From Chrysomallon squamiferum (lineage: Eukaryota; Animalia; Mollusca): a stretch of 64,000 bases of DNA. Numbering within the stretch: the stretch's first letter is position 1; the number at the start of each line of letters is the position of its first letter. The DNA is taken from assembly GCA_012295275.1 (NCBI GenBank), contig CM022678.1, positions 7,998,001 through 8,062,000 of the forward strand. The letters are read 5' to 3'. Below are positions 40,225 to 52,966 of this stretch, one piece after another. Position numbers and translations under genes: made by a program. The notes below the pieces were generated by a model. That model worked only from the letters and a program-made list of their open reading frames with translations, was not told the origin of the DNA and ran no database searches.

Positions 40225-41195
40225 ATTCAGTGGCTTTAAGTCTAGGCAAAAAAATTCAGTTATTTAAATTAACGTCATGAAAGGAAATTTGAAAAAACAA
40301 ACGACAACAATAATCAATAAACCACTGAAATCAGATACAATTTTAAAATAATTAATTTTTGACATTATGGAAAAAAATGTATAAATCTTAAATAAACTTA
40401 TAGTAGAGAAAAATATCTGAATTTTTTCAATAAGGACATCAGTAAATATCCAAAAACGAATAAAAAAATAAATTATAAAACAATTATAAAAAAAAAAAAA
40501 TAAATAAATAAATAAATAAATAAATAAAAATTACAAAAACCTAGATAAGAAATATAACAGAAAAAAAAATGCATCCTACTGCACAATAATGATAAGAAAT
40601 TACACACACACACACTCTTGTATCAAAGTTTTACAAATCAGAAATAACTTTTAACAAGACAAAAATGATAAATAAAATAAGTACAAAACAAAGGGGAGAA
40701 CTTATATTATCATCAGAATAAAGAAATGTTATACCATTCTGAATTTACTTTACATTAAATGTCAATTTTGAGTTTGTTAATCCCAGTGTTTCTTAGTTTA
40801 AAATAAGTGTTTTCTGAATTATTTAATTCACTACATAGAATATAAAATTATGAACAGAAACAAATTTAGCAAAGAGGCACTACTGAGGTTCCGTCACAAT
40901 AAAAAAAACTTTTTCAGCAGTTTGAACATATGTTAAATACAGAATCGGTATCACTTTACTATGAACAATAATAAAAAAAAAACCTTCAAACAAATAAAAA
41001 AATAAAAAAGCAACAATTACATATTGTCATTGGATTTAAATCAACAACAAGAATAGATAAACCATTGAAAACGTGAGAAATTTTACAGGGTGGTCCACAA
41101 AAAGCTGTGCAGTTTTAATTTGTCACAATTTCTACAAATGTTGCCGTTTTTCCAAGATTTTTCAGCCAGGGGTAGGATAGGACATTATTAATATT

Positions 41196-44100
41196 CTAAT
41201 CTTTCTGATATGATAAATCTGAACTTTTATTTTTAATTATATTTGAATTATTTGGGATATCTCTATTTGCATTTTTTGGGAACAAAGTGTCTCTAACTTT
41301 CTTGAACTTTTCATCGTAATTTTCTGAAACAAAAATAATGTATATCATCAGAATAAAGAAATATTATAATTCAACACGAATCCAAATAAATTACGTAAAA
41401 TGAATCTGTATAAAGTAACAGATGAAGAAAGAAAGAAAAATACAGTAAGACAAAGAAGGAGAAAAAACAAGACCATGAAAAAAAAAGAGAAGAAAAAACA
41501 GAAAAAGAAAATAGAAAGAAAAACATTAAAGAACAAAAAATAAATATATAAATAAGTGAGCGAATGAATGAATAAATAAACATGAATATTTGAATAAATA
41601 AATAAACAATACTGAATATATCTCTACTTGATCTAACACACCTCTTCATCCCTGGAACTATTCACCTGTGGACCGTATTTAATTATCAATCATACTTATA
41701 CATCTTTTAAGTAAATATGACAACGTATGTATAGAAAAAAAGAAGATAATACAATAAGAAGGATTTAATTAGTCTAGTGCATACCTTTTAAATGCTCCCA
41801 AATTTCTTCATTAATATCGTTCAAATAAGCTTTTGTATTATAGACATCACCATTTCCAGATCTGTCATTAACACTCAAAGTCATTTTAGCAAAATTGGGT
41901 AATTTACCAATATTATCATCGAAATTTGCTGAAACAAAAATAAGGTATATCATCAGAATAAACTGATTTTATAATTCAACACGAATCCAAATAAATTACT
42001 TAAAATGAATCTGTATAAAGTAACAGATGAAGAAAGAAAGAAAAATACTGTAAGACAAAGAAGGAGAAAAAATAAGACAATGAAAAAAAAGAAGAAAAAA
42101 CAGAAAAAGAAAATAGAAAGAAAAACATTAAAGAACAAAAAATAAATATATAAATAAGTGAGCGAATGAATGAATAAATAAACATGAATATTTGAATAAC
42201 TAAATAAACAAAACTGAACATATTTTTACTTTATCTAACACACCTCTTCATCCCTGGAACTGAACACCTGTGGACCGTATTTAATTATCAGTCATAATTA
42301 TACATCTTTTAAGTAAATATGACAACGTATGTATAGAAAAAAAAGAAGATAATACAACAAGAAGGATTTAATTAGTCTAGTGCATACCTTTTAAATGCTC
42401 CGAACTTTCTTCATTAATATCGTTCAAATAAGGTTTTGTATTATGCTTGTCATTAGCTTTTTTATTAAAAATACTCAAAATCATTCCAGCAAGCCTGGTA
42501 AAAACATTCTCATTATGACAGTACTAGAAGAAAGAAGAAAAAATTGTAATAACGAGAAACAACAGCAATATTATAAATAACAGCAACAACAATAACGGCA
42601 TCATAAACAACGAAAATAATAATAATTACTGAAGACTGTTTTTCATTTTGTCATTAAAAGTACAGTTTATACAATATAATTTTGAATATATTCAAAATAA
42701 TAATAATAATAATAACAGCATTTGATAACAATTTGATAACAACAATAATAATTAGTAATAGTGATACTGATATTAACAATAACAAAGGAATAAAATCTAT
42801 CAATATTAAAATAAGGAAAATAACAACAATAAATGTGCACAAATTTAATATTATTTCTGTTTTTACCTTTGCAAGGTTTCCAGAATCGTTTTGCAGCTGA
42901 ACGCGAGCTACCCGCTTTCCAGTGTAGAGGGTGAACACTTGTGCTATAATGTTATACAGGTCGTATTCAGATACGTTTCCTCGATTTTTACTTCTTTCAA
43001 AATCTATGATTATTATCTTCAAATTTTCCAAAATCAATACATTGCATGCTGGAAGGTAAATAAATAAATAAATATATATATCTATGTATGTATGAATGTA
43101 TGTATGTATACATATATATGTATAATTTTTTTTTTTGTGACTGACATAAAAATGCTTCAGTAATAACCAGTATAATAAAAATAAAATTTGATAACAAAAT
43201 TTTATTTACATACATTGATCTTTTTGTAAAATGTTTCTGTAATCTCTATTCATATAGTTACGTTTAGTCAGAATTTTCAGTGATTTTAATTAGGCACATT
43301 TTAAAAGCCATGGAGATGGGAGTTGTAAATAGACAGTTAACAATATCACTGCTACTTATCAGATGCTACTTAATAAGATCTATTTGGGAATTCTATGGAC
43401 TTTGTAAATATTCAAAGTAATTAAAATGCTTCAAACCATGCAGGTCTTCGTGAGTCCAGCCCTTTTCATACATGTTTATCAATGCTGTTAATAATTGCCC
43501 AAGAAAGTAGAGAGCAAACCAAAAACGACAATCTTCCGGTATTTTATTGAGGGCCTCTTCATTTGTAAGCGCTGTATTTTGATACAATAACAATAACAAT
43601 AACAATAACAATAACAACAACAACAACAACAACAACAATAATAATAATAATAATAATAATAATAAAGCAATAAAAATTAAAATGAAATAGAATGAAAGAA
43701 TATGCAAGTATGTAGTTTGACAAAAATCATTATGAAAATAGTTCAAATAAGAACAAATATTTTATTTAACACTAAAAACATTTTGTATCTACATGCATAA
43801 ACTGTGATTGTGAAATTTGTTTTTACATTGAATACGTTGCATTATTTTTCAACTAGAATTAAAAGTTTCATACAGCCATAATTAATTGTAATTGTAATTA
43901 GCCAATAAATAAAACTATACCTATAACAAAGTTTATTATCTGCAGTTGAATATAAAATGGTAAAAACGAAACATATATAGTAGTATTTGTGTGTACATTT
44001 ATTCTATATTGATTCTGGATAGCATAAGCAGAAGAGCGATTCAAAACAAAAAAATAAAAGTAAAAAACATTTTGTATCTACATGCGTATACTGTTGCGAA

Positions 44101-46884
44101 ATTTTTTTATACTGATTATATCTGTAACCAGCCAGTAAATAAAACTATATCTATAGCAAAATTTATTATCTGCAGTTGAATATAAAATGATAATAAAAGA
44201 AACATTTGTTACATTTTGTTTCAGGGTAGCAAAACAGCACAAGAGGTATTTTTAAATAAATTAAAAATAATAAAAAGTTGCTTCTTCTCACCTGGCACAA
44301 GTAATTCCATATGAAGATAGATCTGATTCTCCTCCCATCTAATCATATACAACTTGGGCACAAATCCTGTTTCATTCAAATCAGCCAAACATTTTACTTC
44401 ATTTATGTTATAGTGTGGAATCTGAAATTCATCAAACTATTTCACTGCAGTCATGACATTAATGAATGAAAATCACTGTCTCAATAAATGGATGGAAATT
44501 ATAAAAGGAATGAATGAAGAGAACAGATGAATAAATGGATAAATATCAGTCAGTGAATAAAATAATTAACATTAAAGGAGGAACAAATGAATAAAATAAT
44601 AAATGATTAACAAAATCTCCATTCCACAAATGTTACAAGGTGGTATGTCTATGTTTATATACAAGAAAGTATTTCCTATAAAATCAAAGTACACAAAAGG
44701 AAATTCAATGAAAGGACTATTTTAATAAATAAATGAAACTTTTATAGTCATCTTTCGATTGACTAACCAGTGAAAATTAAATGTTTCAGTTACTTATAGA
44801 AACTCACTTTCTTCATCACATGTTCTGAATAATAATAATAACTGATCAACAAAATCTTCATTCCACAAATTTTACCAGGTGGCATGTTTATGTTTTTATA
44901 CAAGAAAGCATTTCCTATGAAATCAAAGTGCACAAGAGGAAATTCACTGAAAGGACTAATTTAATAAAGGAAACTTTTCTATGCATCTTTCCATTGAAAA
45001 AGTGGTGTAAATTAAACGTTCTATTTATTTATAGTAACTCACCTTCTTCATCGCATGTATTGTGTTAGTGCCAGAATCTGTAACTATGAATACATTGCGT
45101 TTGATTTCATTATTATAACGAATTTGATCCTGTTTAAATTGATTTGTTTCCTTGTAGTTTCCATTTTCCAAAGTTATCTGTAAAAATAATGACATCAAGC
45201 TGATATTCATAAATACAGGATTATATCTATTCACTATTCTATTTTAATTGTAAATACTCAGTCAATTTTGATATTTCTAACATCGTACGTTTAATTTTAA
45301 TTATAAATACTCATGTTATTCTTTCTTACACTCACACACACATACGCACACCGTTTGCTGATTAAATTTGAAATACATTAAAATATATATACATATCAAA
45401 GTGAAGTTGCAGTAGTAACATTAAGCATTAGCGATGGTGAATGGGGAAAAAGTTCAAACCAAATCAGAGATTAAGCGCTTTCCAAATATACAGCTGTACA
45501 TTTGAGCCAGGTCATATATATAAGTATATACAATATATAAACTTCATCAACTTTATCTTATTTTCACAACATCATAAAAACAAGACTGAAATATACAATG
45601 CTGTTAAGCTGTTTTGTTTTGGGGCTTTTTTTGTGTGTGTTTTAAAAAAAAAAAATTGTTAGGAATTTTATTTTAAAATTACCTTTGAACAATCAAGAAC
45701 GACTTTAAAACAGAAATGGATTTCTTTTGCAAATTCAATCAGTTTGGACACCGAACTCTTTATATCTGCATAATTTTTGGATTGCTTTATACAGGCTGTT
45801 ATTTCAACACATCTCGGGTCTGTCAAAAAATAAAAATAAAAACAAAAACAAATATATTATTCTTATTCAATAGTTGGTCTCTCTCCGTCCATCTCAAACT
45901 AATCTGAGGATGTAGTCTATAGAGACATATTCCCTATGAAATACAATGGTAAACAGATAATAGAATTTTGCAGTTTAATGAAGACACAATTTAATTTGCT
46001 TTCTTTCAGTCCTAATATGTCACTAAGCGAGCTAAAACAAACAATTTATAAACTGTAATTTGACTGAAAGACTAGAAATTCCAAACTGTCCAATCAGAAT
46101 GCATATTACAAATTATGAAATTTACTGCGACCAATCAGAAATGATTATATAACATATATAAAGAAAGAAAGACACGAAAAAGAAAGTCTGTGTATACATT
46201 TAGTTTCACAAACATGAATAATTTACAAATATTTTGTACATTTCTAAACTGATATCTCAAACAAGTATAAAGAGTTTCTGCCAGTATAACTATATCTACA
46301 CTGTATGAAATCATCCAAACAGTTAAATACAGTTAAAATACACATTAATCTCCCCACTAAAAAAAAACAAACAATGTATATATATGTACATGCCTTTTTT
46401 TTCATAAAGACTTGTGATGAAATCCATCCACTTGTTTTTTATATCTGGCATCTGCTGTTGAACTATAGAAAGAAAGTTATCTATGCGAAAAAGAAACAGA
46501 AATTATAGAAACAGAACAAGATGTAAATTTACAATAATGTTTAGTGTAAGTTTTTAATATTAATAAAATTTGAAATAAACAAAACACCAGTAATTGCTAA
46601 CTTTTAAAACAAAGTAATTGCTGAATAATATCCATTATGTAAATGTGTATGTCAGAATATTTGAATGTCTATGTGTGTATAGGTGTATCTTATTTTGTAC
46701 ATTTCTAAATTGAGATCTCAAAAAAATATAAAGGGTTCCTGCCAGCATAACTATATCTACACAGTGTCAAACCATCCGAACGGTTAAATACAGTTAAAAT
46801 AAACATTAAAACCCCCAAAATAAACATACCTGGCTTCTCAAAAAAACCATTTATGAATTTCATCCACTTGTCTTTTTCCTCCAT
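41196..46884 (-). CDS. Divergent NIK/Tpl2-related kinase or pseudokinase, copy D, ~422 aa open frame lacking the Gly-rich loop, DFE instead of DFG
   Basis: Exons 46884-46830, 46480-46394 (GC donor), 45819-45683, 45177-45043 (QDQIRYNNEIKRNVF..HAMKK), 44421-44292, 43571-43437 (IPEDCRFWFALYFLGQ..THEDLH), 43048-42867 (ACNVL..IDFE), 42523-42388, 41928-41785, 41323-41196 join in frame. An upstream exon 47488-47398 is also in frame, so the start is uncertain. Confidence 0.72.
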
Positions 46885-49800
46885 AGAAAGAAATTTACCT
46901 ATACGAAAAAGAAACAGAAATTACAGAAACAGCAAAAGATGTAAATTTACAATAATTGTTAGTGTAAGTTTTAGTGTTAATAAAATTTGTAAAAAAAACA
47001 AGACAACAGTGATTAATTGTTAAAATAAAGCAATTGCTTAAAATGTAAATGTGTATGTCAGAATATTTGAATGTGTGTATATGTCTCTCACTGTGTATGT
47101 ATTTATGCGCTTGTGTGTTTATCTATTTATATAGATTTTGTATTTGGTTAGGATTTGTGTGTTTTTATGTACTTATGTACATATGAGTGCTATGTATTGA
47201 TGTAAATATGTTTTTATGTGTAAGTGTACATGTATGTATGTGTAAAACACACACAGATATACTGGATAAAGCTGATATCATAAGACACTAACCAGTTATT
47301 TCCTATAATTTGTGTGTATGTGGAGTGTGTGTGTGCGTGCGTGTGTGTATGTACTGAGCATATATGTGTGCGTTTAAATTCACACTGGAATACGTACTAT
47401 TTTGTTTATTTTTCTCAGTATCCTTATCTTCTTTGACAGTCAGTGATAAATATATCTCCCTGCTTTCACAAGTTATATTGTCATTAATCTGTAAATAAAT
47501 GTATCTAAATAGGAAAACTGACAAATATGAACCTTTTTTTTTTTTTTTTTTGGTGTAGGACTTGAAATATATGCACTTAGGACAATCGAATATATATTTT
47601 TAAATAGATCGTATGTGTGTGTGTATGTGTGTGCATGTGCGTGCGTGTGTAATTCTATTTTAAATACAATGCATTCTGATTCACCTGAGTTACTATTATT
47701 TGTATATTTCTCATTAAACAGGTATAATTAAAATTTATCAGTTTTATCCAATAAACGAAGACAGGTTAGCAACACTGTACTGCAAATTTTTATTTTAATT
47801 AAAACAAAAAATATCTAAAAAAAAAAGTCAGTTAAATGTCCGTAAGAAAATACTTAAAAGTAAAGAAAATAAACAATGATTTATGATTTAGATAATTCAG
47901 CTAAACGCTATTTTCTGTCAAAAGCTCAACAGCCGCCTTGAGTGCCCTTGCATATAACCCAAATAAAATACTTTAACTCTCCATCCACACAGAAAAAAAA
48001 AAAAAAAAAAAAAACAAATAAACAAACAGCTGTAGGGAATGGTGAGTTAACTTGCACGGATTATTAACACATTGAAATATTTATTCAACAAAAGCCAATT
48101 GTTTTTGCTTTATGAACAAATTTGTTCAAGTGGACCTCAGTGACAGAAGTAAAGGAGCTAATAAATATTCATAACAGTAAAACTTCATCAATATTCAGTT
48201 CAATAGACACTTTTTCATGTATCAGTATCTTCGAGTTTTCTTTCAGTCAATATCATTGATTTGTCTATAAAATAGAAGTGGCTAACGATCTCCACCGTGA
48301 ATTTGCTATGTCACAGTAAATTCATTTTAGTGAGTAGAACGACCAAGAATTTCATATGTTTCTTTGAATGATCATGATATACAAAAGTGTTGTTTGCAAT
48401 TTGTTTGTTGCCATTAAAAGGCTCACTTCTTGTTCTGTGGAAGATGTTTTTGGCAAGATGCTTACAGGACGTTACATCGTACAACAAAGATGAGACGAGC
48501 ATTTAAATACTATTAAATATGATTTGCATTCATTTCTAAATCTAGCATTCAAAATGAGCAAGTAATACTGGTTTACAAAATTACACAATTCTATCCAAAT
48601 ACTGAGTGTTTAGATAAAAAATTACCTCATCTTTAGTTATAAAAGATATCTATCTACATCCTACCACTGAGTTAGACCTTTGCAAAAAGTGAAGATTCTA
48701 AATTTACCAAATTTGGCACAATAGTTATTTGCTGCTTAATTTCTGTTTCAAGTGTACATCAATGTAACTGATGTTTTACTGCTGTATATCTTAACTATTT
48801 GGAAGCAAATATCACCAGAATGAAATAGAATCTGTCTGTAATTCAAAACAGGGAAATTTGTTTTACACGTTAATATTTTTAAAAATATAATCAATATTAG
48901 ACATAAATCATGGTTTCACTACAGATTTTACAACCAGAGGTCCAATGATTCTTAACAGTGTGTGCCGTATTTTAATTTTCTAATATTTCTATCATGCTCA
49001 GTCAAGAAGAAATCAACAAGAACTCCGGCAGCGACAACAACATCCTCAGGTGTGATTACATTTTGTCCATCCACATCATCATGGCCGAACCATGTTATCT
49101 TGTCTGCAGAACAGAATAATGTAATGGAATAACGTGTTAAACTATTTCGTTTCTCCTAGCTCCATTTAGTTTAACAACAACAACAACAAAAACAACAACA
49201 AAAAGAATACAAAGTAAGAACAAGAACAACACAGGAGTTCTAAATGTTATCAACTTTTATCAGCCTATATGAGTTAAAAATTTCACAGCTATCAGCCGAT
49301 ATATAACAGTACAGAAGCAGAAACGGGTGTGTGAAATTATGTCATTGAATATACAACAAATATGGCGAATAAAAAGACCCGGATGACGTGAAATTTGTGG
49401 TGAAATTGTTTCTTTTTCTATTTATATTAATTTGAGGAATCACAGCTGTGTAGTGTTTGGGCCAGAGAATAATCAACGAAACGACCTGCTTCTAAATTTT
49501 AAATTTAATAATAATATAATAATTAAAAAGAAGGGATTAAATATTTGTATATTACACTTCCTTGTAGTTATGGTATGGACTAGGTAATTCATGAATTATT
49601 TTTATATTTTAATGCACAAGTAAAGTTTGAAATATTATTTAATTATCCATTATCTGATCGTAATAAGGAAACTTAAATCAAACTTACATCTTCTCGCTCC
49701 ATGTTGCTTAACTTTCGTAAACTGTGACAGCTTTACCTTTTCAGTTTTATATATCAGGGGTCTACTTTCATTACGGAAATTGCGTGAATCGGTAAAAGCT

Positions 49801-50102
49801 ATATAAGGGAAATTACCTCATGAGGTAATGTTATGACCTAGTTGGATGACAAGAGTACAAACACATTCATGACTAGACCCCTTATTATATATACGTGCAC
49901 GCCAGGATATAGTCCATTTTTTTAATAAATTACTTATATAGTGAAATTCTGAATTCTACTGACAGAATTCGTTTAATATATTATCTATTTTAAAAAAAAA
50001 ACCCATTTATCTGGAAAATGAGATCAGTTTGGTTGACGAAGCCTTCGTAATTTTTCTTCTTATTCTTGTCTGATTATTATTATTATCATTAGTGTTATTA
50101 TT

Positions 50103-50165
<63 letters not shown>

Positions 50166-50342
50166 GACTACTACTATTACTACTTTTATTATTCAGTTCC
50201 ATCATCGAAGAAAATTATATCTGTGTCATCCAGTTCTAACTGGTCTTAACAAACCTTACAATCCAGTTTCGTAAATTTCTTTCTTATGAGCCTAGCAGCA
50301 TTTTTAATGTGTTGTTTCGTTTGCACCTTTTATAACAATATA

Positions 50343-50377
<35 letters not shown>

Positions 50378-51565
50378 ATAATAATAATAATAATAATAAT
50401 AAAATAACAACAACAACAATTTTTCTATAGAGTAGACATGATTAATCACACAGTAACCACACATTTATAATTCTTCGTGGACATAAAAAAATAATAATAA
50501 AGTGTACATTTTCATACAGCGAATTTATTTCGTTTGTGTAGCGAGGTACTGGATGATTGAACGTATTTAGAAATATGATATCAAACACCAAATTTAAAGG
50601 TATGTTGATATATTTATTTTCTACGTAATTTAGCTATTAATTCTCGCGAACGACTCTAAACAAGGTCAGAAACATAAGCTATATATTTGGATCAGTGAAC
50701 ACATTTGGAAATACCATGTCTATCTAGTGACATCTAGGTAAAATAAACAAATAAAAATAAAAATAAAGAAAACAACAAGAAAAAGAAACACTATATATAT
50801 TTCGTCTCTCATATCTCCATTTAATTTAATAACAACAACAACAACAACAACAACAGTGATAATATTATCGAAACATAAAATAAAATAAAATGCTTCGATT
50901 CCTATAGTTTCTCTCGGATGAAATAATACAACTCATAGTTCGACTTTTTAATCTAATAACTTTAACAGTTCTACGTGTTACTCATTTTTATGAGGCTGTA
51001 CGAGTTGAAAATATCACAACTATCAGCCGATACATAACAATAAGGAAACAGAAACTTGCACTTGAATAACAGATTTCCAAACTTCGTAACATGATGCTAC
51101 CTGAGCCCATTCTTTTAGAGTCAACTTTCTTTGCATCTTAATAGGGTTTTTGAATTTTAAACAAAATAATTAATCTGAAAAGAAAAACAATAATACTTTT
51201 AAACAAAATATCATCTGAAAAGAAAATAACAATCTAGATTTAATTTTCATATATTAAATAACATACATGAAGGAATTGAGAAAAAAGTAACTGCAAATTA
51301 AAACATTATGAACTGTTTAAAATAGGGAATGACTTTTCAATCACCCTGTGTATATACATATATATATATTTGTATGTATATATAAAGGTGTATAAGGGAT
51401 GTTACCTAATAAGGCAATGCAATACTCTTATTGCGTAACAACAGTATAAACATATTCATGACTATAACCCCTTACTATATATACGTGCACGCCAGGATAT
51501 AGTGTATTTTATTATAAATTACTTATACATTGAAATGCTGAGTTCTACTGACAGAATTGAATATA

Positions 51566-52966
51566 TACTCTAAAAAAGAAACGCAAAAGTAGATTTTATT
51601 GACACTGGGAATATCTAACTAATGGATCAACAGAAAGCAGCAGAATGTTCCCCTTTAGCACACACTTTCGCAATTCATTAATATTGATGGTTTTACATGG
51701 AAAAGGTTTAAACAGTATAATATCAATACCCTGTGTGCCCATCGTGGGAGTCCAGAACTGCCTGACATCTCCTTCCCATGGCAGTGATGACATTACGAAT
51801 TTAATCTTGTCGAATGGTGGCCCACTCTGTCTGTAGTAATAATGCCAACTGAGCTCTATAGGGTTCACATCCGGAGATTTTAGAGGGCCAGGGCAAGACC
51901 TGAATGTTACTGTTGTGTAGGTACGCTGTTGTGAGTCTGGTTGTATGTGGTCTTGCATTGTCGTGCTGGAATACAGCGTTACCATTATTCGTACTTGGAG
52001 CGACATGTGGCTGCAAAATTTCATCTCGGTATCTCTGTGCCGTTAAGTTTCCTTGGATGTGAACCAGGTTGGCCCTGTCAGTGTGTGAGATTGCTGCCCA
52101 CACCATCACCCTACCACCGCCAAATCTGTCCGCTTCCTCTATGCAGTTTGCAGCAAAACGTTCACCACGACGTCTGTCAACTCGACATCTTCCATCAGCT
52201 CGACGAAGCAGAAATCGAGCGTCGTCACTAAACCAGACAGTTCTACATCGTAACTGAGGCCAGACTGTGCACTTGACACCACTGACGTCGTAGTCGGCGA
52301 TGTTGTCCAGTCAAAACGGCTCTTCTTACAGGACGTCTGGCTCAAATACCTGCCTCGAGTAAACGATTGCGCACTGTCTGGGCGGATATATTCTACGCAG
52401 TACTGGTATTGCTGAAACAGCAGAGATTGCAATGGTGTTTCTTTCCCGTAGATAAAGTACCCGTATGTAGCGGTCCTGGGACCTTGTGGTTACACGTAGT
52501 CTACCTGATCTGAGACGGACACGTGTTGTTTGTTGTTGCTGTGACCGATACCACAATCTCAAGATGGTGCTTGGGGATGCATGGAACACCCGGGCTACGG
52601 CCGAGAAGGATTCGCCAGCTTGTAAACGGCCAATAGCGTCGTTTCGTTGCGGTTCACTCAGTCGTGGCATTTCTTTGATGTTGGGTCAGAACAAAAACAA
52701 CGAACAGAAGTTTTCGAAAACCTTGCATTTTTATAACCCTCGTGTTCAAGTTTCATGTGCCGCACGTGCACATGTACTAGTAACGTGGTTTGCATGCGAG
52801 AACGTTTTGGCTAATAAACGATCATAGCCTTTATTTTGTGTTACCTGCTTTTTGGCGACTGTAACGAAAGTCATTATTCATAGTTTGTATATGTCATCGA
52901 TATGTGTCAGTTTACAGTAGTTATCTGAGAAATGAACCATTTTGCGTTTCTTTTATTGGGAGAGTA
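51566..52966 (-). mobile_element. Tc1-family (DD34E) DNA transposon, ~1.4 kb, defective
   Basis: TA-flanked TIRs TACTCT..AAAAGAAACGCAAAA at both ends, GC-richer interior, transposase fragments on the minus strand. Confidence 0.9.
51801..52670 (-). pseudogene. Tc1 transposase pseudogene
   Basis: MPRLSEPQRNDAIGRLQAGES...RSGRLRVTT (paired-like HTH, GRPR-like), FSDDARF, MMVWAAIS, FQHDNARPH and SPDVNPIE, with 34 residues between D and E once one frameshift is corrected. Split across frames and 3'-truncated. Confidence 0.9.

Noticed and set aside
48130-48700. Unique block with YNKDET, reminiscent of pogo DDE_1 'N.DET'
   Set aside because: Single short motif with no TIRs or supporting frame.
51941-52827. 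Plus-strand ORFs in the GC-richer block
   Set aside because: Antisense shadows of the Tc1 transposase.
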